Shown piece by piece: positions 23,533-37,479 of a DNA stretch of 64,000 nucleotides (the stretch's first letter is position 1; each line of letters begins with the position of its first letter). The notes beneath the pieces were generated by a model that worked only from the letters and a program-made list of their open reading frames with translations, was not told the DNA's origin and made no database searches. The translations under genes were made by a program, and so were the position numbers. Source of the stretch: Catajapyx aquilonaris (Eukaryota); the NCBI GenBank assembly GCA_000934665.2, contig KZ538280.1, positions 1-64,000 of the forward strand, given 5' to 3'.

Positions 23533-26500
23533 CCCTCATGACTACCCCCTCTCTACCTGAACCCACCCCTGGAGCCCTTTACATGGGCAAGTCGAGTCAA
23601 CACACGACGCGGAGTCTCCTCGGGGCGACCTGTACATATGTCCACACACTCACATATCCCCCGGGAGGTGCTGCCCTGTCCTCTTTAAGCTGGGATTTCA
23701 CCTACCCCCACCCCTCCCCCCAGTCTCTCCCCCCCTCTCCCCCCTTACCCTCCCAGGCAGGGCACCCATTCGAGATATAGGCCGGGACCGGGCTCTGTGC
23801 TGTTTCTGATGCTTTGCTGGGGCTCCGGCACTACACTTTGCAGGCCGGCTTCGATTTCAAATGTAAGCGCGCCAGCTCACATGACCTCTTCCCCCCTCCT
23901 CATTCCCTCTTTACATTATGTGCGCCCCTGTGTATGTGTCTGGTATAGTGCAGTGGTCGTTTTACATATGGCTATGCTGTGTTGTAAAGCGCTAGTGTCA
24001 CCTGCAGGTTTTACTTTGGTGGCTCTGCCAGGCTCTAACAATGTGGGTGCACAGATTCATAGGGTGCTTATCTCCATAAATTACGTAGTCAACAACCAGT
24101 ACACAGAAGGAAGGATAGCCAAATATTTACTGGCTGCTTGTTAACTTTATAGTCAACGATAGGGGTTCAGTGTATAAGACCACACCTTTCTTTGATAAAA
24201 AATACATCTTTCTGGCCACTGAATTGAAAACGGTGCTACATATTCACCCCTAACATGTCACTCTATAACCATATTAGGAGAGCCATGAGTCAACGATAAA
24301 TTTGACATATAAAATGTCACCGCCTTCAACCACTGGCAGCTTCCAAGAAGATAACTAACCAAGACGCATTCAGATCATAATAGTTATGAACAATATTATA
24401 TCTCCCTCCCTCAGTCATAACTCCCGTGCACAACATCCATGCCATCCGATCTCACATGAACCACCCCACCCCCCAACACTCACCCACCCCCCTTTTTTCC
24501 CTATTTTCTCCGGCTGCCCCTCGCTTTATGCGCGCTAACGCAAACATAATTAGAGGATCACGTTTCGGACTTGGATCAGTCGGCGGCGTTGCCGACTTGC
24601 GCAGAAGGGACACCGCCCTTGTGTGGGTGTGTGTGTGTGCATATGTGAGAGTGTGTGTGAATGTATGTGCTCTGCGTGTAGGCTTGAATGTGCACGAAGA
24701 GGGGGGGAGAAAAAAAATAGGGGGAGAAGTTGAAATGTGGAATAACTTTATAGCAAAATTTCACTTCAGTTCTCTGAAAATCGTTCAGAAACTGCGCCAA
24801 TGATTAACTGCGTTTTTTTCCCGCTCTCTCTGCCGCTCTACTGATGTGAATTAGGCCTAGTACGCATTTGCTATACAGTACATCCTGCAGGGCTTCTATG
24901 CAAAAATAATATACATCGATATAGCTTTTAACTGGGATGCGAGACTTCATGTGTGTCACAAACCCTATATGTGCCTCACAAACTCGGAATGTTAACATTG
25001 CTAACATGTGGTTTGAGCTACGATTGCAATGATGCTACTTGACTATATAGTTTGTTTCTAGAAAAACCAAAAGTTTAATCGCAGTTTATTAATGTATAGG
25101 ACGTTTTCAGCCACATTTATCTGCACGTTAGTGTATAAGCCTCAGCTTTTTTTTGTTGCAATATTTAGAATCTATCTCTGCTATTTGTTCATATGAGCAA
25201 CTATACATTGCAAAACTAAAACTGCCTATGACTATAACTACTTAATCGATTTACGCTGAGCATCTAGCCCAACGCCATACCTGGCGCTAAAACGTAGTGG
25301 TAACGGTTGAACCATCGCTCAAATGAGCAAATCTAATCGCAGGGATATGCAATAAAAGCTATGGGCAACCTGGTGGATACCATTGACCATACACAATGCA
25401 CCTATGAGCAATAGGCGCAGTAGATGTATCGAAACCAAACAAATTTTTATACATATACCGTACATTCCGAAAGACATTTATAGAAACACGACAAAGGATA
25501 TTGCCGTAAGTACATAAAAATATCCAAATGATTTTTTACTGTGTAAACAAGATGTCTCAAGAGTCACCTGTCCCAGAACTAATGTGAACAGCTCGCTTTT
25601 TATATTTGGCGCAACTGTCGGACCGGATTGCATCATGCATATTATTGTTATTGGTTGCTGAAGATATATATGCACTCTTTTCAATAAGTACTTCACACCT
25701 GCCTTCCAGCAGGGTATCAATCTCTGATCCGCTCTTTTTCTACCACCACGGATTTGAGCTGACTTTCGCGACACCCCATGCGACACCCTCTATGGTTAAT
25801 CCACAGTGTTGAGAATCCAGGCAGCAATGCAATGAGGTACAAAATTGACCATCCCCTGAATGCACAGCACCCCTTTTACACGGAATCCACATTGGCACCT
25901 TCCTCAATAAAATTCTGTATTAGTGAAGTATCCTCTAGGGCCTATAGGTATATAAGCTTTTCCCCTGACTCAATACCAGTAGTTTCAAAGAAGGCTTATG
26001 AGAACGCAGAAGTGCAGATTTGTCGTGTAACATCACATTCACTGTATAGTTTTTGATACGGCCATAGGCCGAAACTTTTTTTGATATAGTGACGTCCCTT
26101 TGACGCGAAGTGTCAAGCCGCATAGGCATCTATATGACAGGTACTTGTAGAGAGGAAAAAAAACTATAAAATGACCTGGTTGCGGTTACTGTTACATTAG
26201 ATTAGACCGAAAAATAATCATAGTTTAGGACACAATTTCTGTCTGCAATTTTTATACCTTTCCCTAGTATAAAATGCGTGACAAAAACAGCTAACTATTT
26301 ACAGTGTTGTCGCGTGTCTTAGAATAAAAATTGTACTACAAAAAGGCTTAAATCGCGCTTTAATCCATCCCTTCAAAAAATCAATACATCCGAAGATAGC
26401 TATTTTTCTTTTCAACTTCCGTCACTATTCAATATAGAATGTCTGTAAATGATAGTTCTACCGATTACGTCAACTTATGTATAGGAATATCCACAAACTG

Positions 26501-27737
26501 ATATACCTGCAGATATGCTCTGATTGCTATAAAGACATACGCAGCACCCCTATACAAAACGAACCTGCAACATTATGCTCCACATTTTAACACTGCCCTT
26601 ATACAAATAATGTTCCGTTCACTACACACGTTGATGCATTGCCCACTGTAAATACAACCAACTAGCAAAATACCGCCGGTTAAGCGCAAAGAGTAAACAT
26701 GAAAACGGAACGAATAGTCTGAACTGTAAACAATGTATCGTGAAAGAGCAGAGGAAAAAAGAAAAGAGTGGACCGAGTACCTTCTCTATACATAAACGTA
26801 AAAAATATTGTAATACTACACGAGTACAACTCTGAACGTGAAATAGCTAAAGGGGTATGTTTATAAATAATTTTTTTAAAAAAAAAAACTGTCCTTTCTG
26901 CATGTCTGCCTAGATGACAATTTCCCCTATACGAACTGTAAGAGAAATGCAGCTTTTGACTCAATTTTTTTGCCTCCAGAAGAGCTCTAATCCATAGTAG
27001 AGAGGCTGGAAGAATTGTGACAGAAGAGCTCCCTGTAGCACTCTGCGCTCAGTCACTGTTAACTGCAAAAGCAAAAAAAAAAAACTCCACACAACAATTC
27101 TTATGCTAAAAGCAGATATGCAAAATAATATGAAAAATCCGGGTCATCTAAGCACACTGCACTTAGCACATTTTCCCCTTCCAAAAAACTCGTGACCTTC
27201 ATTTTTTTTTCCTCCCCCACCCCCTCTGGCACTACCCCTGCAGGTCCCAAGAGGCTGGTACGGGTTGTCGCCGGGGTTACCAGCAGCAAGCGCCAGGGAA
27301 TTTTCCCTGCGTCGGGCAACGTTGCGGTGCATGGCAGCCCCCTCCTAATGAAATAATAGAACGGTTCATGGGGATTAACGCGGATTGGATGCGCCCATTA
27401 TAAAACGGCCCGACTTTTATCTCCTGCAGCTTTTTTCCACTACCTGTGCATGATGTACATCCTCGATGCACCACTTAGAATATTGCATATAGTTTGGACC
27501 CCCCCCCCCCCTTTTTCCGCATATGTGGCTGGGAAGTCCTGCAAATGTTGGCCGGGTCCTGGATATTGAAGAGGGAAACCTTAAAAGTGAGCCTGGTACC
27601 TGGGAAGCCTGAGAAGTGTCTTTGGGACTTTGAAAAGCCCCGTGGTCGACCCTGATGCTGTATTTTTTTTAAAAATATATTCTAAAGCTAGGCCTATAGA
27701 TGGGACCTCGTAGAGAAAAGTGCGGGGAACGTGAGTA

Positions 27738-27777
27738 GGCGTGGGGCGTGCACCTCGTCACGTGACGTGCACGGAAG
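27738..27777. promoter_or_regulatory. Compact GC-box / palindromic E-box / ETS cluster
   Basis: GGCGTGGGGCGTG, GTCACGTGAC (USF/MiT-TFE type) and CGGAAG within 40 bp. Confidence 0.4.
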
Positions 27778-29084
27778 CCACTTTATGCGCCGCCGTAATT
27801 TGTAACGGACGCTGCATGACTGCTTCTATGAGCCCGCTGTGACGAATTTATTAGAGGCCAAGCGGATTGCAGGTTTCGGATTGCCATGGCCCAGCTACAG
27901 GGGGAGGTTTAGGGTGGGGTTTGGATGTGTAGAGGGGGTGGCAGCTAGGGGAGGGCCATCATCATGCTATGCCTGCTATCATGTAAGGGTTTATGACCAA
28001 ACCCTACACCACGGACACCCCATCTTCCAGAGCAATGTAGAAAGAGTCAAGACTCCATTTTGAATCCGAATCCCTGACCTGATCCAGGGTTTCGTGACGA
28101 GGGTTATTGGTGTTGGGGTAGGTGATGGTGATCAATCAGGTTCCGGAAGGGAAGCGTGCGGCCGATATTGACGAGGAGCCTGTATTTGGGGTGTAGTAAC
28201 GTGGTGATCAATCAGAGTAAGCGGAAAAGAAAGGAGGAAGTTCTCTCCCCCACCACTTCCTGACCAGGTGCGCTTCTCACCTGCGGCATAACCTTCTGAG
28301 TGATGGGGGCTGCCTCTCAGCCTTCAGGGTCTAGTATGCAGCAGAGACAAAGGTGTGGAGGAGTTTGTGGCAAGAAGGTGCTGCTAACAGGCGCAATTAA
28401 TCACGATTAGGTGCGTTAATTTGTTGACGAGGAATGGCGGCGCCCTGCTAATGGATTCTGGCCCAAGACGTAGGCCTCAAGTTGCCCGACTAATTACGCG
28501 CCTCCACTTCCGGCCACAAGACAAGAGCTGGGCCCAAGCTGTCTCCTGGAATGTTCCTAACTTCCTGGCTCCAGACTCTCAAGATCACCGCAGCCACCTG
28601 TCAACCTCCAACTTGATCACTATGCTCCTGAGTTACTTTGCCTCCCTGCCTTCCTCTCGAATTATTGCCGCACTTAGTTTCCCCCTGCACATAATTACCT
28701 GCTACTTCCGCCCAACTCTCTCTTCAGCATCCACAAGGCTTCAGATTCCGCTTTCAACCCAGGTTGTAAGGATCCGACTCAAGAACTTGCCACTAGTATT
28801 ATCTTACAATGTTCTTGCGGTCTCTGCGTACAGCCAATGGGATAATACCTCGGCTATTAAGCTGAACCAGCTTAAAAAGTGGATTTATTTTATCGTTTGT
28901 TGAGAAGGAAAGTTAATAAGGAGCGATTGCATCTACTTATAGGCAGTAGAGGCCCCACCAACACACTGAAAAATTTAAAGCACATAAATATTCATTAGAT
29001 GAATTCACATGGCATAAAACAATTTTATTTACCTGTCCAAAAATTTATGCACTTACTGAATACTTTCATATGTGTATAGGAGTA

Positions 29085-29368
29085 CAGTGTTGGACATTAA
29101 CCGCGTCATACTGCTTGCGACATTTCTGATGCGCCAGAAGTGCAAATCGAAGTGATAGTGTGTGTGAGCCGTGCGAGTAAGAAGAGGTAGGCTTTGAGTG
29201 ACGTCACCGGCTGGGGAGCAATGGAGAAAAGCCTTGTCCCCAGCCAGTGACGTCACCGAAGGGCTACCATTTCTTACTCGCACGGCTCGCACTCTATCAC
29301 TTCGATTTGCACGTCTGCCGCATCAGAAAATGTCACTAGCAGCATGACGGAATTACTGTCCAGCACTG
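29085..29368. mobile_element. Foldback Tc1-type MITE (CAGTG termini, TA TSD)
   Basis: TA-CAGTGTTGGACA...TGTCCAGCACTG-TA; the whole 284 bp folds back on itself around a short central loop. Confidence 0.9.
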
Positions 29369-32300
29369 TATACGCATCAAAGCGGATCGTACTATACAAT
29401 CGGCTGTAAAAGTGTATAAATACCTACCAGAAAGACAATGCATGGAAATAGGAACGATTGTAACTTGCGTAGAAATATATATATAGATGTGACATATGTT
29501 GGGAATAGCGAATATGAACCCGACTTGAAATCAATGAGAATGGAGGCTTGTATTCAGTACGTGTAAATTGTGCAGAGAAGGATGAATAAAAAGAGCGAGC
29601 CTTCTCTCACGCCTGTTCCAGTTGGTCAGGTTCGGAGACTCCAATGCCTGGGCACAAATGTATAGTACAACACAAAGTGCCTCGTGGGCCGGAAAAGGCT
29701 GAGAACCCTTGCACCCAGCCTACTGTTTCCAGCCTGGTTATAGTTTCGCTAAATGAAGCGGAAGGACGATCAAATGTCGCGTCACCAGACCTGTCCGAAT
29801 TTCCCTCTCAATGTAATTACATCATATCATTGACACGTTAGGCAAATCTCACTTTTGGGAACCCGAGGCAGCCTATATGTGCATAGAGGTGTATAGTGTA
29901 GTCCAGCAACCGGAGTGTATGTAGTCGGATGGCTATACGCAAACGAGGAAATGCTAATTTCCAGTGAGCATCAGAGAAGGATCCTGGAGGTAAGACAAAC
30001 CCCTTGGGGAAGGGTTTGGGGAAGGGGGGAAAGGGTGGGTGGGGGAGCAATAAGGCTCAGTTGGCACGTGGCAAGCAAGTATTGCGAGAAGAGGCGTAAT
30101 GGAATGCAAATGGGTAGGCAAGTCCCCTCGGGCGAGGCGCAAATGGCTCCCAACGGCAATAAGGCCAATCTTGGCCTCCTTACGTCTTGGGAGCAAAAGC
30201 CGCCCTCGCCCCAACGACAAGGAGACAATCCCAATTCCCTCATTAGCAGCATTATGCAAGACGTACTTGCTAATTACCACCCTTCTGCTCTGCTCTGTTC
30301 TGCTCTGCAGCTCCTTCAGATTTCCTTCTAAGGCCCCAGCGCCTATACCCTTCCACTCCAACTGTAACACGAGTTGGTACATTTGTTAGACTGCGAGAAT
30401 AACAGCTTCCTCTGATACTACGCTATATATACAGAATATAGAGACCCATTTGGATGGTAGGGAGCCATCGTAAGTTCAAATGCGACTTAATTCCGCTTTA
30501 ATTATGTTTATGTTATTGTGTCAATTTTTGGTGTAAGTGCAGTTGCAGTCGGCCATAAAGAGTGGTTTCACCCGCATTTTTCCTTAAACGTATTTAAAGT
30601 TTTAAATTTAACATATATGCTTCATGTAACCAACAAATAGGTCAGCTAATGGTCTTATATTGCGGAAAAAGTAAAATTCTGATAATGATCTGAGCCCATA
30701 ACTTTATTGAACAGTTGTGCGCACGAATAAAAAGCAATCACTGATTAGAAATTGAAACCTAATTCACACGCCATTGTCTCAAACTTAATTCTGTATCCAC
30801 GACCCATTCATAATGAAAGCAAAGCCAAAGTTTCACGGTATTTTTTAAATGTATGTAAAACTATTTATAGGTCAAACATGTCATTTCAGCCGAATTCATT
30901 GAATTACTGGTTATTTTCTTATTTGATGACAGTTACGAGTTGAACGAACTTTTCAATCACGATTAAAAAGTTCCACCTACAAACACATAACCGGCGGGGA
31001 ATTCACCGGATCATATCAGTATAAGACACGACCAGTTTGCGTGGGCTCGATTCTCTTTATAACCCAACATCAAAAACTCACGATTCATTCAATAACCTCA
31101 TCACGTTTCATCATCAGCCTACACCTGTCTCCACACAAAAAAAAAAACAAATCGCAACAATTCATTGAACCTTCCTAGCCATTTTATACAGCAGTCCACA
31201 GGTGGAAATCGGAGTAGAGCAATCCGAGTTCTTCCCAAGGCGGCAGTTAAGGCGGCGAAAAGAGAAGCCTCCTAGGACCACTTAAGATGTTATTAAGGAG
31301 TTAAAAGGCGATCCCCGAGGCATCTTGGAAGCGAGATCCGGACGCAGCTTGTAGCGGAAAGAGGAAAGTGGGGGAAGGGAAGGAAGGAGGAGGGGAGCCT
31401 CCGTGAATCCAGAAGCCACTTTGGGAGTAATAGAGTTCTAAGATGGGGCTCCTAACCCCCGCAGCCCCAGCTTAGGGAGCTCATTAAGGAGCCAGGATCG
31501 GATCAAAGGAAAGGAGCTGCGGTCTTGCGGCTGCTGACAGCCAGTACCGGTATACAGTGTAGCGATCCTGTACACCACGGATCTGGATCAGCCTACTGAT
31601 ACGCTACCCCCCCCCCCCACGCCTGCCCAAATTTCCTATCACGTTACCTCCCCACCCCTCATACATCCTATTTGCCAATGCGCCTAATAAAGCCCGCGTT
31701 TACATCTATAATCCGATTAGTGGCACTTCACTCCCGCCACTCTTCGGATTGCCGAATAAGACACATGTTGAGTGGGATTATTTTGGGTCTGTTCAATCAC
31801 AGTAAGTGATTTTCAGGGTGGCATTCTTCTCTCTCGGAATGTGCCTCCGTACTACAGTACACCAGAGTTTTTTTTATGTTTTTTTTTTAAAAAAACGAGG
31901 GATATGCTACAAATGAACCCCCAGCAGTACGAGGAACTCATCAATATCTGCTGGAATCCTAGGATTACAAATTCCATTTATAATCTGCCTGACGACAAGA
32001 TCCGTGTTTACGAACCTCTCGTAATGACCAAATTTCCAAATCTTATTTTTAACAAAAAAAAAATCCTTTCAGTAAGTAAACAGATTCGAGGCCCTAATTG
32101 ACAATAGCGGTCTACACTTTTTTAAATAAAAAAAATATTGGAAAACAAATCTGTCAATAATCTCTCTTTGCCTCCTCCCTCCCACCCACTACCACCTTCA
32201 CCTCTTTGCTGCAGGCAGAGCAACATAGGCTTGGAGCTTCCCCTGGCGCTGGGAATGCACCGAGCTAATCCTTAATCCTGGACCCCCCCCNGCCCAACTA

Positions 32301-32933
32301 GAGGCGCCTGGACTAAGCCAACCATTGTGCTGGCCATTTCAGATTGGCCGCTCCCAACAAAGGGGATTTGTGGCTCCAGAGAGAGGGGCCGCCTCTCTTG
32401 TTCTAGCCCACCTTCATGCACACCAAGCCCCCCTCTTTTCCTACCCTTTAATCGCCGCCTAAGCCCTACGGGACCGCCCCTTCCTCTCCCGTCTCCCAAA
32501 ACTTACTCTCTATTTGCAATCCTATCTCAAGCCACCCAACATTATTGCACTGGCCAGCAGTCCAGGGGAGACCCACAAAAATACGTATACTCCTGCTCAC
32601 CAACACTTACTCCGCTTCCTTCCGCTCTTATCTAGCCCACAAGCCGGATGCTTGCTGCTACAGAAGCACAGGGGGTGCTTCAAGGATTCTGACCAGGCTC
32701 AACTCTGCTGCTATTACTATGTTATCGGCATATTTTCAAACAGCAGGCTTGGATGATATCATCTGGGAATGACCAGTGGGGTGGAACATTTGAGAGTACT
32801 CGGGGACATAGTTATCAGATTGGGCTCAAGTTAAAGGTTAGAGGGCTATTTTTGTGGTATTTGACGATTTCATTTGCAGAGTCACATTTTGGTCAAGTAT
32901 ACAGTCCACTTGGGCAACAGCTAAATCAACAAT

Positions 32934-33006
32934 GGGTAGAATTTTCGTCACACTGCGAGTTACTGCAAAGTTAGCAGTAACTAGCAGTGGGACGAAAATT
33001 CCACCC
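32934..33006. mobile_element. 73-bp palindromic MITE with GGG/CCC ends and 3-bp AAT TSD (PIF/Harbinger-like)
   Basis: 36-bp arms with 4 mismatches; AAT at 32931-32933 and 33007-33009; second copy at 277-340. Confidence 0.75.
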
Positions 33007-33214
33007 AATATCACCAATGACTGATCGTTCTGCAATGCAACACTATTGTCATGAGTCGTTATTTTCCTTTAGCGCTTAATGAAATGGACTGTAGTTTTGG
33101 CGTCTCTATGTATTGAGGCCTGCAGGCATGATCGTTATATTGGCTGTGTATTGGTTTGATTTTCAATAGCATGCGATAGAGTACATGTTGATATTATTAC
33201 TTTTTTTAAAGAGT

Positions 33215-33278
33215 CGTGTTACACCTGGAACCACAACTTTGCATGATAGTAACATAGAGTATAGGAAGGTGTAACACA
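33215..33278. repeat. Short inverted repeat, possible MITE remnant
   Basis: GTGTTACACCT ... AGGTGTAACAC, 11-bp perfect arms. Confidence 0.45.
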
Positions 33279-36200
33279 GCATACGACACTGTAGTAGCTA
33301 CAGTCACCGTTCTTTTTTACATTAATTTGACGATTTCGCTCTACGCCAACCTTAATTAATCATCTCCATTCAAGCGAGACAGTTGAAAACGGGGGGTTTG
33401 TACACTTGTCCGATATGACACTCTGCAGTACTGTAACGCAACCCAAATCACGCGTATCCAGTAAGGTCGAGTCTAAAAACAGGCAAAGAGTACACTATTT
33501 TGATATCCGAACACTATGCGGCATCCATTAATAATTAAATTAGATACCCGAATCAGAGTCTACCTTCCTTAAAAAAAAACGATAATCATATTCACACAGG
33601 TTTTTACTACTACCACGCTATATGCCACCACTCTTTTCTAGTCTTATATTACCCCTGCAGTCATGATCAGCTCTCTCCCCCCCCTTTAATGCCGTTACGT
33701 CGATTACGGCACAGGCAAGCTAAACTGATTACCAGTTTGCCCCTTACATCCACTTGCCCCGCACGACAGTAGAGGCGCTTGGGTTGTTGGCCTGCCAGGA
33801 TGAACCGCCCATGTTCCCTACAATATTCAAGCCTGCCCTTCTTGTAGGAATAAGGGGAAAAAAACAAGAGGCGACACTTGAGGTGCACGAATGTCGTCCA
33901 ACTAACTGAAGACGCCTGAAAATAGCATCTGCAGGTCCTGCAGTCACCATCTCTAAAATATTTATACCACCTTTCCCCACAAAATGCGCGCAAAAAAATA
34001 ATGAAGCAGTTGATCTCCTTAGAGGCGGCAAATTAGACGCAACACGAGCCGTAACATGTAGTGTTGTCGTCCATGTCGCAGAAGCAGGAAGGTCTATGTA
34101 TAGAGTGAAGGAAAGAGGTTGGGTCGAGTCTACAGTGATGGCTGCTGCTGCCGCTGCAGCAGCTTCCCTCCGCCTCCACATTGATTAGGCAGCAAGAGAA
34201 GGGAAGGGCTGTTGCCCAGGGCCATGCAGCCAGCCAGAGAGAGTTTGGAGGGGGGGGGGAGGAGGGAGGAGGAAGGGAGGGAAAAGGGAGGGGGGGTCTG
34301 CATATGTGAGTATGTGGATATGTGCTGGGAGGGTGGGATGGAGGGGGAAGCGGCTGGCTGGCAAGCCTCCCCTCAGCATGCACTAGCCTCTTATTCCTTC
34401 CTCCCCTCCAGCCTTCCATGCAATATGCATGTCGGGAGCTGAGTGCCTCTGAGTATGTGCGTTGGTAGGTATTAGTCGTTTCCATCATGGATTATCCCAC
34501 AACCGTCTTGCACTTTGGCACAGCGGTGCTTCAGGTTGTTTTTCGTTTCCAGCGTGCAAGTTCTCACAACACTTTTCAGAGGGGGGTAACTGTTGGATGC
34601 CTTCATTTTCATTCCACAGACTGCTTGTCGCGTGGTGATGCTAATTAAACAATAATAATCTGGGCCAGGCCTATGTTAATGTACGTACACTGGCTTGCAG
34701 TACTCTGTTGTTGTGTTCAACGGGCAGGTAAAATATTTCATGGGAAACGATTGAAAAGTGGATCAGCGCTTTTTTTTTCCGTAAAATTTGCGCTGAACTC
34801 ACATGCGAATCAGATGGTAGGCACCAGATGGCATTAGTAGCCCGCTGCTTCCGCACAAGTTAACGTGCTCACCGAGAGGTATTTTTCAACCATGTTACTA
34901 ATCTAACACAAAATATTCCTATAATACTCCCAGACGAGAAAATGTGTATAGGGTGGGGGGAGGGAGGGGGGAGAAAATTTCTGCGCTATATCGTAACTTG
35001 GGTGCGTATGCTTGTATAGTCTATAATATATCTGAGCTGATGCGGAGTCCTTCATGCATATGCGTAATGCATATGCATCAGTACAATATACATATGAGGG
35101 TCACTTTCAAACCGATCCCTCAACTCTCGACTTCCCTCTTCCGATATCCAAAAACGCCCGGGACCCACTTCCGCCATTCCTGTTGATCGGCAAATCGAGA
35201 ATCGATTACCGAATCTCTCGGCCCAAGAACAAAAACCCCTGGCCAAAAATGGTGGAGAGTGTGTGCAGGACCAGACTTTACGTAAAGGTCAAGATTTTTT
35301 TTTTCCTCCCCTAGCTTCCATCCTTACCGCCCCTCTTAACACATTGAGGCAGGTCAGATCACCCGGTACCATATTAGAAGGTACCATCTATTTTTTGGGG
35401 GGTAAAAATTCGCATGGTAGCGTATATGTAATATTCGTATGTAACTTGCGGTGGTTGAAGTAACAAGCGAGTGTGCGATGACTCGCGATTTTTAAATCCG
35501 GCTAAAAACCACTGGCACGAACCTTTTGAAAAGATTGAGGGGAGAGAGGGGTAGGGCGGTGAAAGGGGAGTAGGGGAGTAAAAAGCGTCGGGAATTGGAC
35601 AGCAGATGAGGGGAAGAGATTCCTACGACTGCGGTTTTATCGCACTTTTGGAGATGGCTGCGATTGTACGAGTGCAAAAGGGAAAAGAATGGCAGTGTAA
35701 GTGCGTGGGGGTGTTGGATCCAGTTGAGAGGGGGGGGNCCCTCGCCACTAAATCGTTACAACTACCTTTGGTTCAATTATCAAGGCAAGCCTCGAACAGA
35801 GCCCATTGGCTTGCTGATGAAACTGTGGCAACACTGCAACATGTACCACCTCGTAACACCTGCGAGTAAGATAAATAAAACATCACCTCGGCCAAAAAAC
35901 CGTGTCGGATGCTAAAAATCCTAGCCCCCATGGTTGTTCGTGGACAGGGGAGAGGAGCAAAGGGGGTGGGAAAAAAAGGGAGGTTGTCCCCCCTGTTTGG
36001 GTAGGATGCTTTCAAACGATATCCGCTACTTTAAGGAGAGCGTGGGAATATACAAAAAAAAAATACACATGTGATTTAGCGAGTAGGGGTTAATGCTAGT
36101 CGCGTTGCCTGAGCAAATATCACTTACAGCGTGTATGAAAGTGAATTACATTTTCACAAATAAGCGCCGGCCGTTGACTCGGCATTATTTATCATTATTA

Positions 36201-36330
36201 ATGGTGCTGTTACTAACGGTGATATCGGAAAGCGCGCCATGTCCTGCATCTGCACTACCGTGGGTGTGTATATGGACCTGGGTCAGTCGTCAACAGTATA
36301 AATGGAACATTTTTATGCGTTTGCATTAAT

Positions 36331-36395
36331 GTGGGGTGCCGAGTTGGTTGAACTCTGGGGCCTTCCATTTAGGGAATCCGGGTTCGAGTCCTGGA
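36331..36395 (+). mobile_element. tRNA-like Pol III head (degenerate SINE 5' part)
   Basis: A-box-like GTGCCGAGTTGG; T-arm CCGGG-TTCGAGT-CCTGG with B-box at 36381-36391; no acceptor stem, so not a tRNA gene. Confidence 0.5.
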
Positions 36396-37479
36396 GGACG
36401 ATTTTTCCGGTTCGGATGAGTCCAGGTTCATTGCACTTTGGGGGGGTCTGATAGGAAGGAGATGCAGCTATTGTGCGCTGGTCAGTGGTCAGTAGCATCC
36501 ATTCTTTACAATTCTTTCAGTCTGAATGGCCCAAACTAATGTCATTGTTGGATAATTTTTCAGAATATACGGTAATTATTATATATGTTGTTGTGTGTTC
36601 CACTTATATGTAAATATGTTGCCTGTTCAATAATATTGACAATATTCGAGTAGTCGGATCAGTAGGCGGAACAGTATTATGTTAGCAATAGTGACTGTAT
36701 ATTAGTTCGCACTTTTTGATATTGCTGGAATATATAAAAGTGTCACAAAACTGGTTCAAATTTCATGTTTAAACCACATTATAAAGAGTCACAATTTTTA
36801 TAACATGCAGGCTACATCATAACGACATCTTATACCAATTCTCCAGTATACAACACATACACTACACAAACGCGTCATGAATGTGTCCTCATTAGACGCT
36901 GCATAATCATAATTGCACCCTACTTGCACCATATTCAATTGTGATAAAATATCGGATGTCATTATAGATTAGGTGTCTATTGCTAATGCAAACTAATACA
37001 TTCGCTGTGAAACATTATCCGAGTGCATTTCAAAAGGTCAGATCTTGTACACCACAATCCAGTACAAAATTCGAACTATATTTCTCGATCCAAATCGCTA
37101 TTAGTCGTACCCGAATCTTCATCCAGCCCCCCCACCAAAAAAAGGGGGTGTTTACACTCCATACACCATGTAACTACCCTAGCAACCCCCCTTTTTTTCG
37201 CAATCCCTCTACAGACTTGCTTTATACCCTACTCTAAAACTGAGGTAGTAACAGCATTGAATGGTGGGATGCAATTTACAATCTGATTACCATTCTACCG
37301 CGCCTAGAATGTCATTTTTCCCCCTCCTCCCCACCACCCCATCCCCTGTCTTCCATTAAAAAGAGAACATTGGAGTAACGTTTTTTGATGGCGAAAAAGC
37401 AATGTAATTCAATGGAGGCGAGAAGAATTGGGGGAGGGGAAAATTGCAATTTAGACTCGAGTGTGAAATATGCAGAAGA

